A model generated the notes under the pieces. The model did no database searches. It saw nothing but the letters and a program-made list of their open reading frames with translations, and had not been told where the DNA came from. The translations under genes were made by a program, and so were the position numbers. A stretch of 42,889 nucleotides of DNA from Callorhinchus milii (lineage: Eukaryota): positions 1 to 42,889 of the forward strand of contig NW_024705457.1 in assembly GCF_018977255.1 (NCBI RefSeq), read 5' to 3'. Position 1 is the stretch's first letter, and every line of letters starts with the position of its first letter. Below, piece by piece: positions 1 to 12,200 of the stretch.

Positions 1-130
1 GCGTGCTTGCCCGCCTCCCTCTACACAAGGGCCGGGGGGAGGGCTGCGCTATAGACCCAAAAAATCGCGGAGGCTCTTCCTGGGCGCGGTGCTTTGCCCG
101 CCTCCCCTCTATAAAAGGGCGGGGGGGGGG
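1..130 (+). promoter_or_regulatory. TKT core promoter: GC-box-like motifs and TATA box
   Basis: TATAAAA at 110-116, about 55 nt before the ATG. It is CpG-rich, and the motif GTGCTT(T)GCCCGCCTCCC(C)TCTA...AAGGGC occurs twice (about 3-40 and 89-125). Confidence 0.6.
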
Positions 131-166
131 GTACGTTGAGGCTGCAGCAGCAAAGCAATCGAGGCA

Positions 167-273
167 ATGGCGGCACAACGACTCCCGAGCGGCGAGAAGC
201 TGCAGGCGCTGAGGGACACCGCCAATCGCCTGCGAATCCACTCCATCCGAGCGACCTGCGCCTCCAACTCGGG
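167..273 (+). CDS. TKT: TKT exon 1 (coding part)
   Basis: GCAATGG start; [36 protein letters not shown]. The donor GTCGGT is one base out of phase, probably a missing G. Confidence 0.9.
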
Positions 274-3200
274 TCGGTGGCATCGCGAGACTGCGGCGAG
301 CGCGTCGCGGTCGATATTGCGCGGTGAAAGCGTCGTCGTCGTCGTCCGTGGCTGATACAAAAAAAGAGTCGAGGGTTTTCTAAGTGAAATGAGGGCTGGC
401 CGCGTGAAATGCCTTAAATTCCCAGCAGTGGCCCAGACGGCGATGATGGAGGCCAAACATCCTAAGCCTCTCTCGCTGTGTGCACCTGCCGTCTGCATGT
501 TGTCGCTCGTGCGCAATTGAATTCGCGCCAGTGGGCTTAGTGTAAGAATTTGGGTTATGTGGCTTTTAAAAAAGTCGTAGTTAAACGCCTGCGCACGCCG
601 ATTTTTGAACACGAGTGGCTGCAATCGCCGTGCTGTACAGTAATGCGACGTACGAGTCGTGTAAACTGCGTTTGTGTGAAAACAATGCAACTTCTCGTTT
701 CCTGCCAGCCTTTTAAGGCAATTGTCCAGATTATAGTACCGTGGTTACACTTTTTTGTGTAATAGTTTGACCCTTTGCTGACTTTCTAATTGACATCGGC
801 CACGTGCCGTAGCTAATGAAGCACTCTAACGCGAATGTGTGCATTTGCAAACCATTTTTATTGCTAATCAACATTTCACGGTCTCAATTTTTTTTAATGA
901 ATGATTGGAATTGCATTTTGGAGACGGAGGGGAAACGCAATGGATTTCAGAAAGCACGCGGGGTTGCTTCCATCGTGACACAAGAATTACTGTAGCTGGG
1001 CAGAGATGTTCAAAGAAGAGGCGACGGTAAAGATTCGTGTCGGTGGAGCTCATCCTAGGACCTCTACCAGGAGATGGAGCGATGTGAAAGCGATGAAATC
1101 CGCCTGCGCCCATGCATTTGCGTGGATGTTTGGCATCTGCAGGATCGTAAGATGGCTCAGGTGGGAGGCCCATCATCCAGCAGTGGATTAGAGCATGGCT
1201 TGTGCTTCTAGATTGTACCTTCGTGCGAATTCGCATCTCGATTTCGCGTCTGTGTGGAGTGACGAGTCATTTTGGGTTTCCTTGTGGAAGTTGGGGATGC
1301 AGTAGCACATCAGGGGTTTTGTAAGGTTAACGCAAACATAATTTGAGTACATCTGACTTTTAACCCGTTCTGTCGAAATATTTGGTTGGCTTGTCTGAGC
1401 ATGATAACACTTCGACGTACAGTTTTGATGAACCAGCTTTAAAGTACAGTATATAAACACGTCCGGCTTGATCCGGCAATGAGTTTACAGAGGGTGGTGC
1501 GCGTGCAAAGGTCTCGTTTTTACCGTATTAAAACGTTTGTAAAGCGGGTTTTTTCCCTCCGCCTATATCCCTTCCGAACCAGTGTTTTAGCAGTGGTTTT
1601 CGCCTAACCAGCCCAAATTCTTGGCTACTTTAAATGTTCTTATATCGTCAAAAGAACGTTGCGAGTTGAACTAAAGCTGCCGCATTGCTTTACCGCAGCC
1701 AGGAAGGAGCCTTCCGTTAACACTGGGCCCGTTCAATGCAGTACAGAACCATTAAAGTTTAATTCGTATCATACTCTTTGGGTCTTTCGGTAAAGTTGCG
1801 TAGATTGAAAAATAATTTTTCAAAAAAATCACGACGTTTCGATCGCAACAAAAGCAATTGTCTTCAGGTGAAAAAATACAGCAGGTGGACTGCTGAGGCA
1901 GGAAGAAATATGTCAAGGTTTCATTTGTATCATTTGAAAGAAATCCTCATCTAAAATCCCTATCACAGTTGATTCTATCATTGGCATGAGTATCCATTTG
2001 GTTCCCTCGTTGCATTACAATAATATACGAGAGGTAATGTTTTTGTTGCATGACCGTTAAAGCATGTTTTTAATTCCCAGTGCTGGAAATGCAACCTTTT
2101 TGAGAACCCGGTTTCATGGCAGGCGACTGCCTTGATTTGAACCCCCAGGAATTTCGGCAGTGCCAGCTTGGGTGCTCTTGACCCCTCTCCTGAGCTGCCC
2201 TGACCATCTATCTCCTGCACACTGCCTGCAACCCCCTTGTTGACCGATGTTGAAAACTCATTTCATTCTTGCTTGTGTTTTGTTGTTGTTGCCCTGTTCC
2301 TGTTCTGCACAGCCACCCAACATCATGCTGCAGTGCTGCAGAGATAATGTCCACGCTCTTCTTCTACGGCATGAAGTATAAGGCGGATGACCCCGGCAAT
2401 GTCAATAACGACCGCTTTGTGCTATCCAAGGTGCTGTCACGAACAGGCGTTTTTGCTTCGAAGTATTGGTGTCACGGTGTAAATGCTGTTTGATAGTTTG
2501 CTTTAAAGGCAGTGTGTGAAATATTACAATGCAATTGGTTCTCTTATGTTGCATGTAAATACGACTCGAGATACATGCAAAGTTTGCATTTTGGCTAATT
2601 TGTCAGACAAAGCATATCAACTTTACAAACCAGATGGTAAAAATGGGACAAAGAATCAATTCTTATATTGTTACCCAATTATTAAATCGCCAGCGGTGTA
2701 AAGTGACGCATGCCAAAAATACAAACTTAATTTGTTCAAAATACTTTGTGGTGCAGTTGTCGGGTTTTGCTCGCTCTGAATCCTGGAGTGCAAATCTCCC
2801 TGGGAGTCAACGTCTTACCATATTTAACATGTAGGTCTTCCGTGACCAATATTATCCATACTAGAGGTTTTTTGGGTTGGATCGCGTAAATATATGCATG
2901 TGTCGTTAAAACCTGCCACCACCCGACATAGCCAACTAGTAAGGCTTGGCTCTCCAACACACCGGTGTGCAGTACTAGTGACGAATTGGCCACGTTCTGT
3001 TTACGTGACAAACCTTACTAGTTGGTCGTGTCGGGTGGTGGCAGGTTTTAACAACACTTATTCCTACAATATCTCACCAAGGTTGCTAAAATAGCACCAC
3101 TTATGCAGACTAGGGCTTGTCATGGGAACTGATTTTCCACCACTGGTTCAAAAACATTAAGTGCCTCTCTAAAATGCTCGTTTGCTCCAAGATATTTTAG

Positions 3201-6200
3201 ATACGAGCACTTAAAGATCATTGGAATATATGTTTGCATGGAATAAGAACGTATGTAGTGTTATATATTTGTTTTAGTTATGGGAACTGATGGTTTGTCA
3301 TTGTACTATTATGCAATGCACAATGACTTGCTGGTTTCGGGCACACTTATTGGCTTGTTAAATGACTTGGCAAACCGTGCTCAGGGTGTGGCAGCCAAGT
3401 GAACTGAATAGGTATGTCGTGCTGTTTGGACACTCCTCCAGACCCACAGTTTTTCACCATTAGGCCTTAAAATAGACCATAGTCGTGTATTCATCAATAT
3501 GTAGACGAAGCTAAACAATACTGGGAAAAATCTAAATTTAAATCTTTTAAAATTTCAAATGAGCCTTTAAACATTGCCATTCCACTGCAGCACAAAGAAG
3601 ATTTATGGAAAAGTAATGGACGTGAATCTATTGCTCCCTGGCGATTCGACAACTTGTCAAGATTTGAGTGTGTCATGGATTTTCTCAATTTTTACGCATT
3701 TATATTCTGTCTCGCTCAATTTAACTCCCATTTGCCTGCATATACCCTAAGCATGTCATTCTCAATTGTAAACGATTATTGCATGTGGTGTATGTATGTT
3801 GAACGTCTTTCACACAGTAATGTAGCCAACTGCGCTAATCGTAGTGTGGTGGTGATGATAATTATTTGAATCTTATTAAAGATAATATTTCCTGGCAAGG
3901 TGTTGAGATTTGGATTTGGCATTAGAAAATGTGGAACCCTGGAATGCCTGCTCTTCTCGTTGATGCTGAAAATGTGCACTTTGAACCTTCATTGCAACAC
4001 TGGAGGCTTGACCCATTACCACGGCAGTTTTTGAAAGGTTAGAGTTTTCAAATTTAGGATGGATTAATGCCACGATCCTCTCGATGTTTACAGTGGAACT
4101 ACTGTTGCTTTAATTAAAACCGCCGGCCACAATTCTAATTGAGATTTATTTCCCCCATTTAAAAAAAAATCGGAGTTGCACCACCGCTTATGAAATCTCA
4201 TGGATAAAAAGAGCTTGTGTTGCAATGTATTGTATGAGCTGTTGAGGCCTGAATGTTTACTGATCAAAAGATGATCTCGATGTGCCAACCGAGTTATAGA
4301 GTACAATTATTTGTATCCTTTTATCGAATGGTATGTTTTTGGCATGCTGCTTTGGTTTATCATGAGGGAAATAATGTAACTATTAAAAACAACAGTCTAG
4401 GCTATAGAAAGTTTAATTTTAATAGAATGTCCTAGTGTTTTGTTCCCACAGAACAACATTGTATTTCACTTGTTGCCATGTACTTGTTGAATCTTAATGG
4501 CAGTGATTTTGTCTATCTTAACGCTTCCAAAAAGCAATGCGAATAAATTAACCCATTGGGTACTGTTAATTCGGATGTATGTATAATATTTCATTCATAG
4601 GTAAAAAATAAAAGTAAGTTTGAGTTCATACGGTATTTGCACTTCCCCATTGTCAGACTTCGGTTTGGACTTTACAGATTATACTGTTATATTGTGCAAC
4701 ACAAGTAACTGGAAGTTCTGGTGATATTTGCTTAAACATTTTTTAACTACCTTAAAATCAGTGTTTGGAGACTTTCTGTGATTGTCACCAGACCTGGTTG
4801 AGTTATGCGTGCATTATCAAGGTGGTGGATTATGTACTGTCAATTGGTTTTCCTCTGTCGATTGCAACTTCCCTATGAGTTGTGTACGTTGATTATTTTT
4901 GTGCAGTAAAGCAATGAGAACCTTGATTGGTGCCGTTTATGTCCTGAGTTTTAGAGGTCATTAACCTGCAGTTGACTTTAGGCTTTGCTCCTGAAGCTGT
5001 TTACCAGCTCGCCAACCTCTGAACATAGAAACATTTAAACACTCCGGCGCATACGAACGAAGTGTCCCATAAATGGTTGTACCATGCAAAGCCAGTTGTC
5101 TAGTAGTGTACACGCTTGCCTTTGTAAAGTGTTGGGATAAAATAAGTTTTGCCCCACCCTAGGCATGTAACTGAAGATTTTTAAAATGTATATATTATAA
5201 TCTCGTTTCATTTTTTCTCAATTGTAGCGTGATTATTTGCTTAATGTTATGCCATGTTGCGATTGCTTAAATTAATACTATATAATTGGCCACTGCATCT
5301 GTTGCCACCCGCAAGACAGCTGCCATAGGGTTTCATTGGGGGTGAAAAAATCTGGTGACAGCAGTGCATGACCCTGCATATATGACATCCATGAGCCAGA
5401 CCTTGAGCTAATCACCAGAGCCACCTGTTCCCGAGACCAGACCCATGGGAATTAATGTTGGTCCTGCTCCTTGTAGCTTTTTCTTTCAACGTGCAAAGTT
5501 TTGCCGCAAGACACTTGGCACAGCTGCTGTTTTTTTCATTTAAATTGAATTGTCAGCTGGGAAAAGAATGTCACCCGCTTGTTCAGAATTGTTGTAAATT
5601 GTTTAACGATTTGTGACTTACAAGGGAATGATACCAGTGGTTTTTTCGTAGTTTACTTTAAGTATGAAGTGTTAACATTGCTGAAAGCTTAGAGTCTTGG
5701 GTTTTTCTAACAAATTGAAGTGACAACATTGCAGGAGCCTGGCAAGATGACAACTGTAGTGATTGTTATCATTTGCTTTACGTTTGTGCTGATTTTTTTT
5801 GTAGGGACATGCTGCGCCCGTGCTGTATGCCGCCTGGGCTGAGGCTGGATATATCGCAGAGTCGGACCTCTTGAATCTCCGCAAGATTGACTCTGATCTG
5901 GAGGGACATCCTACACCTGTAAGTTCCTTGACACCCTCCCCCTGGGAGGGACTGTCTATACTGACGTTTTCACACAAAATGGCCTAAAACACATCTGACA
6001 TTCATTGCATGTCTGGAGTTCGTGTTGAAATTTGGGACTTAATTTTACTTGTGTAAGCATTAATCTGCTGATATAGCCATACCACCCCATTTGAAAGTTT
6101 ATTTTGGTGCAGAAAAATTGAAACTGGGCACCTTGCCCCATTCAATCAATCACAGATGCTGATCACCAGTTCTTCTGGGAACAGTTGGGATGGTTTGGCA

Positions 6201-9200
6201 ACGCATGATATGGCGTGGCTGGTGTTGCATTTCACAAAGTTCATGTTTCGGTTTAGACCGTGGGTGTCTGGTCAACGGGTGTGCAGTGGTTCATGTGTAG
6301 GGAGTTCAACTGAGTCGCAGATGCACTTCTTGGAGGCAACTTTTATTATTAATACAACACACGGGGTAACTGCCCCTTAAGATAACAACCTGTGGTGGTG
6401 ACCACCAGGCTAACTGCACTAATTACAATAACTAGCTACAATGGACCGGACCACAGCTTGGGTCCAGGTCCACGTGTTGGAGACTGTAGGATGTAGAACG
6501 TAGATTCTTCAGGGTGAACAACAGCAGTCGGTCCCTCTCGGAACCCGGCTTGTATCCTCTGTGGCGTGGCTGGGTCTGCCCTTAGCCACGACCACCTTCT
6601 AGAATCCTCGAGCAGGATCTCGACCTTGACACGTGACCACCCCTAGCCCCACTTGGGGGCCCTGTGTCGACTTAACCAGTCACGTGTCCTCTGGGGTCAA
6701 GCAAGTGCCACGGCCGATAGTAACCCCATTCACGTGGCCGGCACTCTCACCCTATCCTGTAGGGCTGGCACTGCACGCAGAGCGTGGTGCCATCCAGCGC
6801 TGTCAGTCAGCGCTCACCGAGCCCCTCTAGGGCTGGTACTGAACTCGCATATAAGTGGTGTCCGCGATGTCAATACATCGCACTCCGTGCCTCTCTAGGG
6901 CCGGCATTACACGGTGACGTACGCGATGTCACTACACATCCACTGCTGTAATCTTGATGACCTGTTTGATTCCCAGCCTGAACCAACACCTCCCGGCAAG
7001 TGCTAACTGGACTTGTCCTAAGGGCTGCCTCCTAGATCAGCTCTGGTTTTTTTATTATTAAATAAACTAAAAAAAGATCACTTTTTGTGAGCATCTTATT
7101 TTTTGTCGATAAATGTAGCCGCGCATAGAACCGCTCTTATGTGCTGTGCTAACCTTGATGGGTCACTTGCTAACGGAATGTGCCAAAACAGTCTTTAACA
7201 ACTGAATTCTTTGTGCCATGCCATCTTGTGCTGCTAGAAACTTTCGTTCGTGGATGTGGCGACGGGCTCCCTGGGTCAAGGGCTTGGCGCTGCCTGTGGG
7301 ATGGCTTACACTGGGAAGAACTTCGACAAAGCCAGGTCTGCTAATGTCCTGGCACCCTTGAACCCCTGACAGTGTCAATTTAAATTATAAGCAGTTTTAC
7401 ACTCAAGGTTGAATGCGTAGCCAGACTTGAGGATCCATTGCGTTTGGGTCTTTCATAATGCAGCAAAGTAAACCAATTTGCTTCAAGCATTTTCAATTAA
7501 AATATGCAAGCATGCTTTAATTTTGTTTACTGGCTCCGTGTTTTTAATTTTAGTGAGCTTTGTCATATCTGTCACTGCAAGGGTCTCTCTTGCAGTGACA
7601 GTGACCTGTGATCTGTGTTGTGCCCCCTCCCAAGGGTAAATTGAAACTCCTCGTCTCTTGATGAAGAAAATGTTCCCCATCTGACGTGTAGCACCTTGGC
7701 CCTTCTGTCTTGTCATTCCGCCCACAGCTACCGCGTCTACTGCCTCCTTGGCGATGGGGAATCGTCGGAGGGCTCCGTGTGGGAGGCCATGGCCTTTGGT
7801 TCCCACTACAACCTGGATAACCTGGTGGCCATCTTCGACGTGAACCGCCTGGGACAGAGCGAGGCTGCCCCCCTGCAGCACAACTTTGACGTCTACAAAA
7901 GCCGCTGCGAGGGTTTCGGGTTAGTACTCGGATGTTTGTGTGAAATCTCGCGTGGCATGTTGTGTAAAGGAAGATGTCAACTAATTTGGCTTTTTTAAAC
8001 CCTTAAATTGGGCTTTATTTTTTTAATTTCTACAGCCAATTTGCATGTAGTCTGCTTTTTCTGCCTTTGTGTAGTTTGCTCAAATGAGCTCCTTTAATAT
8101 TGTGACTATTTAAAGCTCTGACATAAATTTATTAAGTTAATTATCAAGTGGATTCAAAATATTACCCGTTGACTTAATCCTATGAATCGTTATATTTTCT
8201 AAACTCCCCGTGTCACCTATTTTGGTTTTATACATTGCTCAAAATGGTAAGTTATTTTACGATGCTAATTAAATTAAATATAGCTCTTTAAGACTAATTT
8301 TGCCCGTTTTTTAAAATGCCGCCTCGATGATGGATGCAGATGGAATACGCTGGTGGTGGATGGTCACAGTGTGGAGGAACTCTGCCAGGCCCTGCTGACT
8401 GCCAGCCAGACCAAGGGGAAGCCCACGGCCATCATTGCAAAGAGCTTCAAAGGAAAGGGCATTCCTGGTAAGTGGTGGGAGCAATGCAATATGTTGTTTT
8501 AAAAACAAATTATGAAATTTAAAATGTAAAAGATGTAATTTATGAGATTATGCACATTTATGAATTATGCAAATGATGTTATTAGGCAAATTAATTAGGC
8601 AAATTAATCAAATAAATACACGTGTGTTTTTTCATGTTAATTGGGTGTAAGTATAATATGATCAATCGTAGGTGTGATTAAATGTGTATAAAGTATTACG
8701 TAGATATGTATGTGCATGTGTGTAGGAGAGTATTATTGATGTGTGTTAGTTTGTATTATGGTCAATAGGTGTGCGTGTAGTTACGTGTTTTATTATTGGC
8801 TCGGCTTCATTGTTTAGGGTTAGGGTTAGAGTTGCGACCAATATCATCCAAAATAGTTTTTTTTTGGGTTACATCGGAATTGCCACCATAGTACTCCTGT
8901 AGATGTCCTACTCATGGTCCGTACAATTAACCCTCAACGGTTACGTTGTTAAACTGAGCCATAGAACAATAGGCGAACTCCTCGTAGTAGTGCGACGATA
9001 GGAAAGTCCTTAAAAAATGACAATATTCATACAGAACCACGCGAAAGAAACATGTGCCCAATGGCAAAAGTGAACATCAATGAATTATCGGGCAATATTG
9101 TGATTAAATGTAATATCTCAAAACAATAGTATCCATGCGAGTGTGTAGACTCGTAACATAAATGATTATAAATGTTTAGTGTGTCATCAATGAATTCACT

Positions 9201-12200
9201 GGTAATATTACGATTTAAACCGGGTTTTCATGTGATGGTTTCGGCTCATTCGCTAACGGCTGCTCAAATCATAGTTAAATTTACTTTCACACTTAGTTCA
9301 GTATATTCTAGCTCTTTAGGACTAACATATTCTATTTGGTTTCTTTGAAACTAATACCTCCTATACTCGGGCAAGTGGGGGTCCAGAATGCCTAAATTGA
9401 GCCTAGGATAATTGAAGTTATCTCCGAAGTAGTCCTGTAATACCATCTTCTGCCGCCCATTGTCAAACATGGGGTGATGCACTGCTCTGCAATAATTCCA
9501 AATAGAATTGCTTATAGCTCGTGGGTATGTAGACAACCCTTCTGTCAATGTTGTTGGTGGTTGAGGGCCTTCTCCATCGCCATGCTGATAATTGTTAACA
9601 ATACAATTGTTTGTTTAAAATGTGACAGGTGTTGAGGATCAGGACAACTGGCATGGCAAACCCATTCCCAAGGACAAGGTGGAGGAGGTTGTGCAGGTCA
9701 TCCAGAAGAAGATTTCCAACGCAACGAAGCTGTGTCCAGAACTTCCCACCGAAGATGTACCTGTGGTGGACGTGAGCAACGTCAAACTGTCTTCACCTCC
9801 GTCCTACAAACTGGGAGATAAGGCGAGTAGTTGGAGGGGTTTTTCTTGCTGTTAAAAGATTTTTGTTTTTTGTCAATCAAACATCACTAAGTATTGGATT
9901 TTAGTGACATTTAGCGGGCGCAATTTTATATTCCTAGGTGACATTGCGGAGCGGGTAGTAGATATTACCGGCTTGTTCCAGAGGTTTACACAATTAGTCC
10001 AGCAGCTGCCGTGGTTAATAATGTGGGTCTATAAACCATACATTATTTGCTTCGGTGGAAATTAATTATCCGTGTTATTCAAAGTGCAGGCCGAATCTGA
10101 AAGTATGTGTAACTAGTTTGGTAAAACAACATAGCAATATCACCTAATTTAGCAAACTATTGCTGTCTGTGAAATGACATCTTCGCGACAGCATTGTGCT
10201 CTACGAATGACGCGAATACCCAACGTACTCTCGTAAAATGAACACGAATTAATTTGTCTTTTGCGCACTGCAGATCTCAACGCGTAAGGCGTATGGGGTG
10301 GCCCTCAACAAACTGGGCCACGGGAACAGCCACGTCATTGCCCTCGATGGAGACACCAAGAACTCAACCTTCTCCGACATGTTTCGCAAGGACTTCCCTG
10401 ACCGCTTTATCGAGTGCTTCATTGCCGAGCAGAACATGGTAAAACACGAGGGCTGACTTTACATGGGCAGACGCTGTGTTCGGAGAGTTTAAAAGTAAAG
10501 TCCGTTTTATATTTTTTGATTAACATGTGGCGCTTTTCTGGCACATCTGCCACAAAAAGGTGTCATTACATCTTTAAACGTGAAAATAAACAGTTCTGTA
10601 CAGTTTTTAAAAGACGCATGTAGTGGCTGTGCAAAGGGTGTTGGGCACCGATATTTCCCTCCCCACATTACTGCTTTCTGCATCGTGAAACAAAGAATGT
10701 ATTTGGATTCATCACAGCCTCTTCGTATTAGACAATGGCCCACAGGTGGCTTTTGCATAGCTACTGCTAATGAGCTCCTTTTAAGTGACCTGTGGTCCAC
10801 AGAAGGGTGAATGGTGCTGTTTTTATCACTGCAGCATTCTGTTTTGTTTTCTGGATTTAACATCGATTAGTTGAATTCGACGAGTTACTGTGTATTTAAC
10901 TTTGAAACGAAGTGAGCAAACAAAGATAATATTGTCCTCGTAGGTTTTTACCCTTTTAAACTGGTACAAAACTGACACCTTTATTCAAGGCATCATGTTT
11001 GCAATAACCACAACACAAGTAGTCAAAAAAGCAAAGAAAAAGAAGCAACTCTGATGATGATAATAATATGCACTGTCATTATCAGAGTTGCTTCTTTTTC
11101 TTTGCTTTTTTGACTACTTGTGTTGTGGTTATTGCAAACATGATGCCTTGAATAAAGGTGTCAGTTTTGTACCAGTTTAAAAGGGTAAAAACCTACGACT
11201 ATATTTTGCCACTGGTAAAAGAGATCTCATAGTGTAAAAGATAATATTGCTTAATTTATTTTTAGTCATTTAATTGAAGATGGCGATGTCTGCTTCTGTT
11301 GGGGCCATTCTCTGACATGAAAGGTTGCCTTGCTGAGATCTAAACAGATACTTTCATCTCATGAGACGGTGTTGATTGAGTTGGGATAACAAGATAGAAT
11401 ATACCTTACAGAGCTTGCTCAACCTTGTGCCTTTCCAAATTATCCTCTTGTTCAAGAGAAATTCTCATTGTCTCCTGCCTCCCATGTGTTTAGGTGAGCG
11501 TGGCTATTGGCTGTGCGGCACGCGGTCGCACTGTGCCCTTTGCCAGCACGTTCGCCGCCTTCCTGTCCCGCGCGTACGACCAGATCCGCATGGGCGCAAT
11601 TTCCCAGACCAACGTCAACTTCTGCGGCTCTCACTGCGGAGTCTCCATCGGTGAGCTGTACTCCCCGTCCCCACCAGTGACTGTCATACCACTGGTGTCT
11701 TGATTCTCGCAAAAATAGTGGCCTCAACACTAAACTGTTGTCTGGGCACAGGTTTTCACACCCTCCTTTGTAATAGCAAGGTTAGTCTATGTGGAGAGTT
11801 TATATATCTTAAGCTTGTGCCACTTAAGACTGCAGGTATCGGTATCAAAGTTGAATTTCATATGGTCCTACATACTCATGGTTTCATATCTGAAAGTATT
11901 GAGTTTGCCATCTGATCAGGAAAGTGATAAGTAATTGGATTTTTTCCATGTCCACATTTTTTGCGTGCCATCTTTTTTTTTACTTTTGTTGCAGTCTTGT
12001 GTGTGAATAATTCATAATATTTGTGAGTAGTGGTTAGGACAGCTAGGTTTGATATTGGTCATTTTTAATGTATCGCCATCTAAAATAGGTCTTTATAGTC
12101 TTGTTATTTATGCAGTTGGTGTTAGTTTGTTTGTGGGAGTGGTAGTGTAACGGTGCACTGTGCTATGAACCCAGCAACCCAAGTTCGATTCCAGCTCACC

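Noticed and set aside
8813..8832. TTAGGG repeats as an interstitial telomere
   Set aside because: There are only about 2-3 units, too short to mean anything; such strings are common in non-autonomous repeats.
9351..9548. CR1/L2 endonuclease remnant (GDNFNYP on the minus strand)
   Set aside because: It is a single weak motif, not enough to call without a profile search.
10938..11198. miRNA precursor or hammerhead in the long palindrome
   Set aside because: The stem is too long and too perfect and is flanked by a TSD; no CUGANGA/GAAA core is arranged with stems.
12135..12200. Genuine tRNA gene
   Set aside because: No complete cloverleaf or acceptor stem is present, and it continues into a SINE body.
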